Origin: Candidatus Komeilibacteria bacterium
Lineage (GTDB): Bacteria; Patescibacteriota; Patescibacteriia; UBA1558; GWA2-36-10
Assembly: GCA_018656065.1 (NCBI GenBank)
Contig: JABHZY010000024.1
Location: forward strand, 224,970 to 288,969
Direction of reading: 5' to 3'
DNA: 64,000 bases
The position numbers and the translations under genes are program-made. The notes under the pieces were generated by a model. It was not told the origin of the DNA and searched no databases. It saw only the letters and a list, made by a program, of their open reading frames with translations. Of this stretch, positions 54,980-64,000 are shown piece after piece (position 1 is the first letter of the stretch; each line of letters starts with the position of its first letter).

Positions 54980-55719
54980 AAGACTCAAGACAAAAAATAG
55001 TAGTAGTCCTCGGCCCTACCGCGGCTGGAAAATCTGATTTAGCTGTAAAGCTAGCTAAAAGTTTTGATGGTGAAATAATTTCTGCTGACTCTCGACAAAT
55101 TTATAAAGGTATGGATATTGCCAGTAATAAAATCACTAATACTGAAATGAAAAGTATCCCCCATTATCTTTTAGATATAGTCAATCCTGATCAAGATTAT
55201 TCATTATATAATTGGCAACAAGACACTTTTACTAAAATTGAAGAAATATTAGCCAAAGAAAAAACTCCTATTATTGCCGGTGGTACTGGTCTATATATTT
55301 GCTCTGTTATTCAAAACTATGACATAGACCCTAAAGAACCCTCTCTTAGAGAATGTCCTTATGATTTTATAGTTTTAGGTATTGATCCTGATAGAGAAAA
55401 ATTATATACCAAAATAAATAAACGAGTAGATAGAATGATAGACGATGGTTCTATAGATGAAGTAAAAAATATATATAAAAAATATCCTAATAAAAAACTA
55501 GTTGCCTTGACTGGCATTGGCTACAAACAAATCATAGAATATATAGATGAGCAAATAAGTCTAGAAGAAGCCATAGAAAAAATAAAGCAAAGTACTCGTA
55601 ACTATGCCAAACGGCAAATGACTTGGTTCCGCCGAATGGAAAAACAAGGTATAAAAATATATTGGAATAAAAACTCTCAAGAAATCAAAAAACTTCTAAA
55701 AGATTTTTTGCAAAAATAA
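54976..55719 (+). CDS. miaA: tRNA dimethylallyltransferase (short form)
   Basis: 247 aa with GPTAAGKSDLAV, DSRQIYKGMDI and YAKRQMTWFR. It has a 4-nt overlap with miaB. Confidence 0.88.
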   Translation: MKDSRQKIVVVLGPTAAGKSDLAVKLAKSFDGEIISADSRQIYKGMDIASNKITNTEMKSIPHYLLDIVNPDQDYSLYNWQQDTFTKIEEILAKEKTPIIAGGTGLYICSVIQNYDIDPKEPSLRECPYDFIVLGIDPDREKLYTKINKRVDRMIDDGSIDEVKNIYKKYPNKKLVALTGIGYKQIIEYIDEQISLEEAIEKIKQSTRNYAKRQMTWFRRMEKQGIKIYWNKNSQEIKKLLKDFLQK

Positions 55720-55749
55720 AACCCGCCGCGTAAAACGCGGCGGGTTTTT
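55716..55749. terminator. bidirectional terminator
   Basis: cccgccgcg-taaaa-cgcggcggg with flanking A/T runs. Confidence 0.85.
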
Positions 55750-55760
55750 AAAAATATAAA

Positions 55761-57269
55761 TTATTTCAATTTCTGTTTCAGTATCTCCTCTGCTTTTTGA
55801 GGATTAGCTTTACCTTTAGATTCCTTCATAAATTGCCCTACAAAAAACTTAAGTAGCGCTTCTTTGCCAGCCTTATAATCTTTAGTTTGTTCAGGATTAG
55901 ACATAATAATTTTAACGGCAATATCTTCTAAAGTGCTATCATCATCAATCTGAGCCAAGTCTAGTCTTTCGGCAATGTGACTTGGATCATCATCGGCTCC
56001 AGTAAACATCTCTTTCAAAATAGCTTGTCCAGCAGAACTATTAATAGTTTTCTTATAAATTAAACTAACCAGTTCGGCCATATTTTCGGCACTAATTTTT
56101 AAATCTTTAATATCAAAATTTGATTTAATAAGGCCAAATAATTCACTACTAATCCAATTAAAAGTAAGTTTAGATAATTGATTCTTTTTATCTTCCCATA
56201 ATTTAGTAGCTTCATCACTATCTTCATGTAAACCTTCTGCTTTAAAAAGCCAAGCTCGTAAATCAGACATTACTTCTTCAAAATAATTAGCCCATACCTT
56301 TTGGCTAACTAAAACCCAAGCATCCTCTGATTTGAGACCATACTCTTTAGCAAATCTATCTTTCTTGGCAAAAGGAAGCTCTGGCATCAAAGACCTTACT
56401 TCTTGCATTAAATTCTCAGAAATAATAAGTGGTGGTAAATCAGGCTCTGGAAAATACCTATAATCAGATGACCCCTCTTTAGTTCGTTGAGCTACAGTCT
56501 CACCTTTATTTTCATCCCAACCTCGAGTTTCAGTCACTGTTGGCGGAGTACCAGCATCCCAAAGTTTGGCTTGCCTTATTTCCTCAAACATCAAAGCCTT
56601 TTCTACTGCTTTAAATGAATTAAGATTCTTAACTTCAGTCTTTTCATAAAGATCATGATCGCCTACTGGACGAAGAGATATATTAGCATCACACCTAAGA
56701 TGCCCTTTTTCCATATCAGCGTCAGAGACGCCTAAATAACGAGCAATTAACCGCATCTCTTGCAGAAACTCTTTAGTCTCTTTAGGACTCTTAAAATCAG
56801 GCTTAGTAACAATCTCAGCTAATGGCGTGCCTCCTCTATTAAAATCTACCAATGTCTTACCGTCTTTATGAATATTTTTAGCGGCATCTTCTTCAAGATG
56901 GAGTCTTTCTATACCAATACTCCAAGTTTGATTGTCTACATCAATAATCAAATGTCCATTATGCCCCAGAGGTTCATCAAATTGAGATATTTGATAACCC
57001 TTTGGTAAATCTGGATAAAAATAATTTTTTCTATCAAATTTTGATTTTTTATTTATTTTACAATTTATAGCTAAAGACATCATTAGGCCCATCTTAACTG
57101 CTTCCTTATTTATGGTTGGTAAAGTTCCAGGATGCCCTAAACAAATTGGACAAACTAAAGTATTTGGTTCTTTACCTTCGGAATCATTTGAACAAGCACA
57201 AAACATCTTACTCTTTGTCTTGAGCTGTAAATGAATCTCTAAACCTATAATTGTTTCGTATTTACCCAT
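55761..57269 (-). CDS. gatB: Asp/Glu-tRNA amidotransferase subunit B
   Basis: 502 aa with YETIIGLEIHLQL and RCDANISLRP. Confidence 0.93.
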   Translation of the reverse strand: MGKYETIIGLEIHLQLKTKSKMFCACSNDSEGKEPNTLVCPICLGHPGTLPTINKEAVKMGLMMSLAINCKINKKSKFDRKNYFYPDLPKGYQISQFDEPLGHNGHLIIDVDNQTWSIGIERLHLEEDAAKNIHKDGKTLVDFNRGGTPLAEIVTKPDFKSPKETKEFLQEMRLIARYLGVSDADMEKGHLRCDANISLRPVGDHDLYEKTEVKNLNSFKAVEKALMFEEIRQAKLWDAGTPPTVTETRGWDENKGETVAQRTKEGSSDYRYFPEPDLPPLIISENLMQEVRSLMPELPFAKKDRFAKEYGLKSEDAWVLVSQKVWANYFEEVMSDLRAWLFKAEGLHEDSDEATKLWEDKKNQLSKLTFNWISSELFGLIKSNFDIKDLKISAENMAELVSLIYKKTINSSAGQAILKEMFTGADDDPSHIAERLDLAQIDDDSTLEDIAVKIIMSNPEQTKDYKAGKEALLKFFVGQFMKESKGKANPQKAEEILKQKLK

Positions 57270-57276
57270 ATATTAA

Positions 57277-57981
57277 CTATAAATGTTTTTCTGCTCTCTG
57301 GCAAACTTCAGCATGTATATCTTCAATAGAACGCATAGCACCAGAACCATCATCACACTCTATTGTCTCCCAGTTATATTTCTTAGCCACATAATTTCCC
57401 GCCTCCAAAGCATCTTTCAAATGTTCTAGATCATTTTCATGAATATCATTTTTAGATTTTATATTATCATGACGAGCATCTTTTTTGAGTGCCAATTTTT
57501 GGGAAATATCAGCTGAAATATTCATAAAAAATACTAAATCTGGTCTTGGAATTTCAAAAATACCAAATTCCAATTCATCCAGCCAATTTAAAAATTTATT
57601 TCTTTCATCACTGTCCTTAATCTTACCTGATTGATGAACCATATTTGAAGTAGCATAACGATTGGCTAAAATAATTTTTCCTTCTGCTAGCCACTTCTTC
57701 ATACGAAAAGAAGCTTCATATCTATCAGTAGCGTATAAAACGCTAGCTCGATAGGCTCCCACTTCTTTGGCGGTACCAAAATCACCATTTAAATACTTCT
57801 CTATCATTAGAGCAGAAGGTCTACCGTATTGAGGAAAATCGACGGTCTCAATCTGACGACCATCTTTAATTAACTTATCTTTCAATAAATTAAACTGAGT
57901 AGTTTTCCCACTACCATCTCCACCTTCTATTACTATTAGTAATCCCCTTCGACTACGCTCAGGATTTTCAACTTTTTTCAT
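57277..57981 (-). CDS. tmk: dTMP kinase with a 13-aa N-terminal extension carrying the repeat motif
   Basis: LIVIEGGDGSGKTTQ P-loop. Residues PERSRRG are encoded by 57944-57963. Confidence 0.9.
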   Translation of the reverse strand: MKKVENPERSRRGLLIVIEGGDGSGKTTQFNLLKDKLIKDGRQIETVDFPQYGRPSALMIEKYLNGDFGTAKEVGAYRASVLYATDRYEASFRMKKWLAEGKIILANRYATSNMVHQSGKIKDSDERNKFLNWLDELEFGIFEIPRPDLVFFMNISADISQKLALKKDARHDNIKSKNDIHENDLEHLKDALEAGNYVAKKYNWETIECDDGSGAMRSIEDIHAEVCQRAEKHL

Positions 57982-57989
57982 AATTTTTT

Positions 57990-58412
57990 CTAATATCCAC
58001 TTGAAGCCAATCGTCCTTCGCCACGGTTAGTTTCATCCAGCTCCTCTACTTCTTCCAATTCTACAAGCTCATGCTTCTCAATAATCATTTGGCAAATACG
58101 ATGACCTTTCTCAATTTTGTATGTCTCCTGACTTAAATTTATCATAATAATCTGAACTTCTCCACGATAATTAGAATCAAAAACTCCTCCCATGGTATGA
58201 ATACCATGCTTAGCTGGTAGACCTCCCCTATCTCTGACATTACCCCAATAGCCATTGGGTATAGCAATCACCACACCTGTTTCAACAATAATCCGTTCAC
58301 CTGGTTTTATTTCATAATCTTTATAAGCATAAAAATCCATGGCCGCATCACCAGCTCTCATAGTTTTGGGTAACTGAGCATCTTTGTATAATTTTTTTAC
58401 TGCTATTTTCAT
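57990..58412 (-). CDS. dut: dUTP diphosphatase
   Basis: 140 aa with GVFDSNYRGEVQIIMINLS. Confidence 0.9.
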   Translation of the reverse strand: MKIAVKKLYKDAQLPKTMRAGDAAMDFYAYKDYEIKPGERIIVETGVVIAIPNGYWGNVRDRGGLPAKHGIHTMGGVFDSNYRGEVQIIMINLSQETYKIEKGHRICQMIIEKHELVELEEVEELDETNRGEGRLASSGY

Positions 58413-58416
58413 AATT

Positions 58417-58971
58417 TTATCCGAATAACACTTTTACTGCCTCATACTTCTTCTTCACTATTTTTTTAGCGGTAGGTGTTAATTTTTTATATGATCTTCC
58501 TAATTTTTCATAAACAAATTTTTCTGCTTCTTTGTAATCCATCTTCATAGAAACCAAAGCTAATCTAAATAAATCTGCCACTCTATCAAAATGCGTCATA
58601 GCATCTGCATCCGCCAAACATATTGCCTCCAGCGTTTCTCTTTTAATCTTTTGACTGCCTCTATGGGCTAAAATACAATGTTGAACTGCTTCTATTTTAT
58701 CTTGAGAATAATTATATTTTGCTAATAACTCTCCGGCATATTTAGCACCAACAATATGATGATTTTTCATATCTCCTAAGACACTACCTATATCATGCAT
58801 CCAAGCTGCTAATTCTATAATTTCAGAATCAGCCTTTCTTTTCTTAGCTAAAATTTTTCCATATTCAGCTACATGAACAAAATGACCATAAGCGTTCATC
58901 TCATAAATATTGCTATCTTTTTGACATTCTCGTTTAACTTCTGCCTGAACTTTTTTAATAATATCGCTCAT
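58417..58971 (-). CDS. HD-domain phosphohydrolase
   Basis: 184 aa with AAWMHDIG (HD) and ILAHRG. Confidence 0.8.
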   Translation of the reverse strand: MSDIIKKVQAEVKRECQKDSNIYEMNAYGHFVHVAEYGKILAKKRKADSEIIELAAWMHDIGSVLGDMKNHHIVGAKYAGELLAKYNYSQDKIEAVQHCILAHRGSQKIKRETLEAICLADADAMTHFDRVADLFRLALVSMKMDYKEAEKFVYEKLGRSYKKLTPTAKKIVKKKYEAVKVLFG

Positions 58972-58974
58972 ATT

Positions 58975-60327
58975 TTATTTCATTACAATATCATGCTCAC
59001 CACGTTTAACATCAAAACGCCCTGGATCATCATCTAGATATAATTTTAATCCAGCGCCAGAAAATTCTTTCTCAAGAATAGCAGCCATTTCAATAGCTCG
59101 TTTTTGCAAAGTAGGATGAACAAATCTAGTAGCTCGTAATTCTACAAGATATACCAAGGCTGATAAATCACCAGTTACCCTGTTTGGTAAATTATATCCC
59201 ATAGCTGTATAATACTGCGCAATCTCTGGCGTAATTTTTAAATCTTTTATTCTACTCTCTTGAGAAGCTATAAGCTCAGTGGCTTTCTGCTTAATATCTT
59301 CTGGTAATGATGCTAAATAAAAATTTTCAAAACCATGCTCGGTAGTTAATAATGGCATACGTTGAATAACTGCTCGATGTCTTTGAATATCTCTAAATGA
59401 ACCAAAGTCTAACATAAAACCTATTTGCAAAGTACCTGCTTCAGCTACAAATTTTGGAATTTCTGTCTTAAAAGGTCTAGCCTCTAAAAGATGACTATAT
59501 TTTTTCAATAAATCCATATCTACACCATTATTAAGCAGTGTAGTTTCCTGATAAGCATCATTAGTAAAATAATAATCATTTTGCATCCACTCTTTATTAA
59601 AACCTTCAGTAGTTTCAAATAACTCATGATTAAAAGAACTTGGATGAGCTTCAAGTAAAGCTTCTTTTAATTTAGCAGCAATATCACGCACTTCTTCTAA
59701 TGGATGGTGTCGAAGTAAAGCCATTTTGTCAGCTACTTGTCTCATATTACTATGCCAAGCTAAATTAGTAGATGCGCCAGCTGGTAAAAAACCACGCAAA
59801 ATATCAAAAGCTCTAGCACTAATTGCTTTGTTATAAATATTTTCTTTTTCGTCAGCTTGAATTGGAAATTGCTTTTTAAGGTGTGCTTCCACTGCTTCTC
59901 TATAATCTAAATAAAATTGACGCCAAGTTTCTAAAATATCATTTGATTCTTTACTGTCCAATGGATCAATAAAAGCTTGTTTAGAAAAATCTACATAACG
60001 AGTAGAAGCTTCTTGTCCACTATATAAAGCCCAGTCTTGAATGGCTTTGGCGGCCAACATAGAAATACCTTCAATAAATAATGTAATAGTCCCACAGTCA
60101 CCAATTGATTTATGCCCATAGCCAACATAAAAATTAGCCATGAAGTTTTCTGCGCCTTTTTTGGCTAAAGTTTCTAGATGATGTTTAACACCGCCCGTTG
60201 ATCTAGAATGCAAAGCTTGGATCATAGCTTCTGATTCTGGTCCTATGACAGCACCAGTATCAAGTACCATTACCATGCCCCCACTTTTTAATTCTTTAAC
60301 TGTGTGTTTAAGTGATTCAATAGACAT
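58975..60327 (-). CDS. long-form ThyX-like flavin-dependent thymidylate synthase
   Basis: 450 aa. The N-half has GYGHKSIGDCG..ISMLAAKAIQDWALYSGQEASTRYVD (ThyX-like, RHR replaced). The C-half has FRDIQRHRAVIQRM (RHR present, SxRY absent). Confidence 0.65.
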   Translation of the reverse strand: MSIESLKHTVKELKSGGMVMVLDTGAVIGPESEAMIQALHSRSTGGVKHHLETLAKKGAENFMANFYVGYGHKSIGDCGTITLFIEGISMLAAKAIQDWALYSGQEASTRYVDFSKQAFIDPLDSKESNDILETWRQFYLDYREAVEAHLKKQFPIQADEKENIYNKAISARAFDILRGFLPAGASTNLAWHSNMRQVADKMALLRHHPLEEVRDIAAKLKEALLEAHPSSFNHELFETTEGFNKEWMQNDYYFTNDAYQETTLLNNGVDMDLLKKYSHLLEARPFKTEIPKFVAEAGTLQIGFMLDFGSFRDIQRHRAVIQRMPLLTTEHGFENFYLASLPEDIKQKATELIASQESRIKDLKITPEIAQYYTAMGYNLPNRVTGDLSALVYLVELRATRFVHPTLQKRAIEMAAILEKEFSGAGLKLYLDDDPGRFDVKRGEHDIVMK

Positions 60328-60333
60328 ATATAT

Positions 60334-60882
60334 TTAATTTATTAATTTATCTAATTCTTTATAAAAATCTTCTAGAGTTCCATTATTATCAATAGTAATG
60401 TCAGCCTGCTTCATTAAATCTGGAATAGTAATCTCTGTTTCAGCAACATCCTCTTTTTGAAAATCTTCCCAAGTTTTAGTTGTGTCACCTGGTTTTTCAT
60501 TTCTTTTTTTAATTCTTTCAAACCTTGTTTTAGCAGCTACTTCAACTGCAATCAATTTAAAACCTTCTATATCTTTTAAAAAATCTATATCCGGTATCCT
60601 TCTAACACCATCTACAATTATCAAACTCGCGTCTAGACTTTTAACATCTTTAGATACCACTTTAGAAAATAAATCTTGCCCAAAAGATTCACGCAGTATT
60701 TTAGAGAGTACTTGATAATTTTTTCTAACAGGCGAAATATACACCCTATCCATAATATCTTTCATAGAAGATGAAAATTTTATTTGTTTGGCGCCATATT
60801 TCTCAGCAAAATAATCAGATGCCGTATCTTTACCACAAGCAATTAACCCTGTAAATCCTAAAATTATTTTTTTCTTAGCCAT
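60334..60882 (-). CDS. P-loop nucleotide/nucleoside kinase family protein
   Basis: 182 aa with GFTGLIACGKDT Walker A. It lies in a dNTP-metabolism cluster. Confidence 0.6.
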   Translation of the reverse strand: MAKKKIILGFTGLIACGKDTASDYFAEKYGAKQIKFSSSMKDIMDRVYISPVRKNYQVLSKILRESFGQDLFSKVVSKDVKSLDASLIIVDGVRRIPDIDFLKDIEGFKLIAVEVAAKTRFERIKKRNEKPGDTTKTWEDFQKEDVAETEITIPDLMKQADITIDNNGTLEDFYKELDKLIN

Positions 60883-60884
60883 AA

Positions 60885-61421
60885 TTATTTTTTTTCGGTC
60901 ATGCCTTTATAAGCTTGCACCTCATCTTCATATAAAACATCCAATTGTATTCCAGCTTCTTTCAAAACATCAACACCCCCCTGATGATAATGCCTTTCGG
61001 CTACTACGCGCTTAATGCCACAATTAACTAATAACATGCAGCAGACTACGCAAGGCACCATCCGACAATATACAGTAGCTCCTTCTAGAGATACACCCCT
61101 TTTAGCAGCTTGGCAGATTAAATTTTGCTCGGCATGAATAGTACGTACGCAATGATTACTAACAGTACCATCGCCATGATCAACTTTTTTCATTAAATGA
61201 CCAACTTCATCACAGTCAGGAAACCCTTTAGGCGCGCCTACATAACCAGTAACCAAAAGCTGATTATCCTTAGCAGCTATTGAACCACTACGACCTCTGT
61301 CGCAAGTAGCCCGTTTAGAAGCAGTTTTAGCCATCTCCATAAAATATTCATCCCAAGATGGACGGACATATTTTTCTTCTTGATTATTATCCAGGCCTCC
61401 AGCCTTTTTGTCTTCTGCCAT
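60885..61421 (-). CDS. dCMP deaminase (ComEB-like)
   Basis: 178 aa with HAEQN and PCVVCCML zinc motifs. Confidence 0.88.
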   Translation of the reverse strand: MAEDKKAGGLDNNQEEKYVRPSWDEYFMEMAKTASKRATCDRGRSGSIAAKDNQLLVTGYVGAPKGFPDCDEVGHLMKKVDHGDGTVSNHCVRTIHAEQNLICQAAKRGVSLEGATVYCRMVPCVVCCMLLVNCGIKRVVAERHYHQGGVDVLKEAGIQLDVLYEDEVQAYKGMTEKK

Positions 61422-61437
61422 ATTTATATATTTTTAA

Positions 61438-62211
61438 TTATTTTAAAATTTCTAAAACTTTAGTATTAATCTTTTTATTATTACTCATCAAAAATACGGT
61501 ATTCTCATCATCTTTTTCTGGCTGGCCATCTAAATCAGTAATCATAGCTCCTGCCTCTTTGGCTATTAACTTGCCTGCTAAAAAATCATGCAAATCACAA
61601 TTATCATGCAAAATTGCTTCTATCTGACCAGAAGCTAATAAGGCAAAATCTATTCCTACAGACCAATTAAAGCACATCCGCTTAATCTCTGATTCTATAA
61701 TTTTTTTTGTATAATCAGCATCCAAGGCTTTGTCATGCTCATAACCCCATACTATGGCTACTGTAGAATCTTCAACTGTCTCTTTTTGATTTACATTTAT
61801 CGGTTGACCATTTAAAAATGCTCCCCCATCTTTGGAAGCATAATAACTTAAATCTAATATAGGTTGATAGACAACGCCAAAAATAGTTTCTTTATTTTTT
61901 TGCAAAGCAATAATCACTGAAAAATTAGGAATGCCTAAAATAAAATTATTTGAAGCGTCTAATGGGTCAATAACAAAAGTATATTCAGATCCATTTTCTA
62001 TATTGTCTATTTCTTCTGAATGTATATTATAATCAGAAAAATTTTCTTTAAGCACTTTCAAAATAGCCTGTTCAGACTCTAAATCAGCTTTAGTCCTAAC
62101 ATCGGCTGGGATAGTTTTTTGCTCTACATCCAAATTTTGACCAAAATAGTGCTTTAAAACTTGGCCGCCTGCTTGGGCTGCTTCTATAATTTTTTTATAT
62201 TCTTCTTTCAT
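61438..62211 (-). CDS. inositol monophosphatase family protein
   Basis: 257 aa with SEEID, IDPLDASNNF and a C-terminal D..AG motif. Confidence 0.85.
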   Translation of the reverse strand: MKEEYKKIIEAAQAGGQVLKHYFGQNLDVEQKTIPADVRTKADLESEQAILKVLKENFSDYNIHSEEIDNIENGSEYTFVIDPLDASNNFILGIPNFSVIIALQKNKETIFGVVYQPILDLSYYASKDGGAFLNGQPINVNQKETVEDSTVAIVWGYEHDKALDADYTKKIIESEIKRMCFNWSVGIDFALLASGQIEAILHDNCDLHDFLAGKLIAKEAGAMITDLDGQPEKDDENTVFLMSNNKKINTKVLEILK

Positions 62212-62289
62212 GCTTTTGTACTCCTAATTTTAGCAGAAATGACTCGTTTTTTCAAATCGTGGATAACTAAAAAATTTAGCTAATATTAG

Positions 62290-62859
62290 CTAAATTTTCT
62301 TTAATTTTTTTTGTATGTTTTTGTGGTCTGGAATCGTTTGAGACACAAGACTCCAAAAATGCTTAGAATGGTTCATTTCACCCAAATGACAAAGCTCATG
62401 AACAATAATATAATCAGCTAATTCAACTGGTAACATAGCCAAGCGATAATTAAAATTAAGGTTTTTAGAAGATGAACAAGATCCCCAGCGACTTTTTTGA
62501 TTTCTAATTGCTACTCGATTATACTTAAAATTATAATGCTTATTAAAATATTTAAGCCTCTCCCCTACTAAAACTCTAGCTTGTTTTTTATATTGCTTAA
62601 TTTCAATTTCCGAATGCTTAATTCCCAAAATAGTTGGATTGGCTTTCTTTTTTTCTAATCCTTTAGCTATCCAGTCAAAACGATCAACTAAAAATTTCTT
62701 AATCAAAAATACAGGGTAAGTAATTGGCGCTGTCAAAACAAGACCACCATCATGTTCAATAGATAATCTTAGATATTTAGCTCTAGATTTTCGTCTAAGA
62801 GTATATTCATAATCTTGACCAGCTATATTTATATTTCGTTGTTCTATTTTCTTAAACAT
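62290..62859 (-). CDS. M48/YgjP-like (DUF45) metal-dependent hydrolase
   Basis: 189 aa with VHELCHLGEMNHSKHFW (HExxH). Confidence 0.8.
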   Translation of the reverse strand: MFKKIEQRNINIAGQDYEYTLRRKSRAKYLRLSIEHDGGLVLTAPITYPVFLIKKFLVDRFDWIAKGLEKKKANPTILGIKHSEIEIKQYKKQARVLVGERLKYFNKHYNFKYNRVAIRNQKSRWGSCSSSKNLNFNYRLAMLPVELADYIIVHELCHLGEMNHSKHFWSLVSQTIPDHKNIQKKLKKI

Positions 62860-62877
62860 TAATTTCCATATTTATAA

Positions 62878-63477
62878 TCATGATAGCCCACCCGTTTTCC
62901 TACCTTGTTTAATATAAAAATAACCAAAAATCACAGCTACTAAAGCACCTACTGCATCAATAATAAAATCTACCATAGTATCAACCAAACCTGATTTTTG
63001 CATACCTGCTTCAAATATTTGATCAATTGTAAACTCAAAAATTTCCCACATAGCTCCAGCTGTCATTACAATACAAAAAGCTAAAAAAGCTAAAAAGCTT
63101 ACATTAAATTTAAAACCACTTTTTTTATCCATCGCATACAATACTCTGAGACTAATAAAACCAGCCGCAATAGCAAAACTACCGTGCATTAAAATATCCC
63201 ACCACCAATAAATATAATAGTACTCTCTAATTTCTCCTAGAAATAAAGCTGCATAAACAAATGAAATGAGCATCAATTCTAATTCTTGGAAAAAATAAAT
63301 ATTTAATTTTTTAAAAAATAAAGGAGTGAGGGTTAATAAAAATGCCAAGACCACAATAAATAACATTAGGAAATCAGAATTTTTAATTGCGCCAAAAATA
63401 GCAATGATCAATGAAATCCATATAAACCATTTAATGGGTATATACAAATTTTTTCTTGTAATTAATTTTTTAAGCAT
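62878..63477 (-). CDS. multi-pass membrane protein, unknown function
   Basis: 199 aa with 5-6 hydrophobic helices. Confidence 0.6.
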   Translation of the reverse strand: MLKKLITRKNLYIPIKWFIWISLIIAIFGAIKNSDFLMLFIVVLAFLLTLTPLFFKKLNIYFFQELELMLISFVYAALFLGEIREYYYIYWWWDILMHGSFAIAAGFISLRVLYAMDKKSGFKFNVSFLAFLAFCIVMTAGAMWEIFEFTIDQIFEAGMQKSGLVDTMVDFIIDAVGALVAVIFGYFYIKQGRKTGGLS

Positions 63478-63493
63478 CTATTTTATCTTACTT

Positions 63494-63886
63494 TTACTGA
63501 TCTGACTCAAATTCAATTATATTATTTTCTAAATTCTCTGAAATGATATCTACATAAATTTTATCAAGTTCATTAGCTAAAAAATTAACTTTGTCAAAAT
63601 ATCCAACTACTATCAAAAGACAATTACATAAATCTTTCTTTTTTATCAAATCATATAAAGCCTGGCTATCAGGTCTTGGTGACGGTGGATTAGGCCTTTC
63701 TTCTTGTAGTGCTTTATTTTCCACCAAGCAGTAAGCATAGACCATGAATGCCTGCGGATGCTCAGCTTGAATACTTGTCAAAATATCTTTAATGTCTTGT
63801 TCTGAATAAATATAAAACGTAAAACCAAAAAAAGTAGACTTATCTATATTGATTTTACTCTGCCTATTTTCTGAAATTGTCCTCAT
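63494..63886 (-). CDS. degenerate IMPACT/YigZ-like paralogue
   Basis: 130 aa. IDKSTFFGFTFYIYSEQDIKDILTSIQAEHPQAFMVYAYCL resembles a YigZ N-terminal domain, and the RYFGG motif is degraded to VGYFDKV. Confidence 0.5.
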   Translation of the reverse strand: MRTISENRQSKINIDKSTFFGFTFYIYSEQDIKDILTSIQAEHPQAFMVYAYCLVENKALQEERPNPPSPRPDSQALYDLIKKKDLCNCLLIVVGYFDKVNFLANELDKIYVDIISENLENNIIEFESDQ

Positions 63887-63902
63887 ATCAATTTCATATT
63901 TA

Positions 63903-64000
63903 TTACTCTATAACATTATCTTCTAATGTTCCTTGAGCGGCTGCGGTATAAGCCCTAACTAATCCTCCTGTACCAAGTAATGTGCCACCAAAATATCTAA
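63903..64000 (-). CDS. IMPACT/YigZ family protein, 3' end only (truncated by the window edge)
   Basis: The minus strand reads ..RYFGGTLLGTGGLVRAYTAAAQGTLEDNVIE*. Confidence 0.7.
   Translation of the reverse strand, partial: RYFGGTLLGTGGLVRAYTAAAQGTLEDNVIE

Overview
The window is a 64-kb AT-rich chromosome segment, roughly 30% GC judged by eye, not computed. About 65 genes are tightly packed under the standard genetic code. The housekeeping genes are cysS, gap, pyrH, tsf, rpsB, rpmE, prfA, prmC, rplY, dnaE, thrS, guaB, miaB, miaA, gatB, tmk, dut, a thyX-like gene, and split coaC/coaB. Many genes lack a Shine-Dalgarno sequence, several ribosomal proteins carry tails, and there are many exported proteins of unknown function. 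Together this suggests a reduced Patescibacteria/CPR-like bacterium, which is inference.

Four things stand out.

1. Positions ~950-17650 form an accessory block bracketed by a 58-bp direct repeat (55/58 identical).
- It holds a Doc/HTH toxin-antitoxin pair with a 26-bp palindromic operator.
- It holds a polymorphic-toxin super-locus: a 2363-aa SpvB + double FG-GAP + YD-repeat Rhs protein with a linked immunity gene, a secreted core-only Rhs-CHAP protein, an orphan core-tip toxin cassette with two small immunity-like genes, and a truncated second recombination handle.
- It also holds a small sugar-modification/MazG cluster.

2. Three short GC-rich islets lie on the plus strand at 94-895, ~34790-35325 and ~37045-37400.
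- Each sits behind an AT-rich TTGACA promoter.
- Two of them encode Cys/His-rich mini-proteins.
- One splits the rpsB-tsf-pyrH cluster and has a leader with an 11-codon uORF and two mutually exclusive 11-bp helices, one of which covers the SD.

3. A 19-20-nt GC-rich motif, CCTGAGCG(A/T)AGTCGAAGGG, occurs three times in sense orientation at gene 5' ends.

4. Two adjacent tRNA-Arg genes both read C at position 33 and have other oddities.

I found no rRNA, CRISPR array, integrase or transposase. All calls rest on reading the sequence and recalling family motifs. No searches were run.
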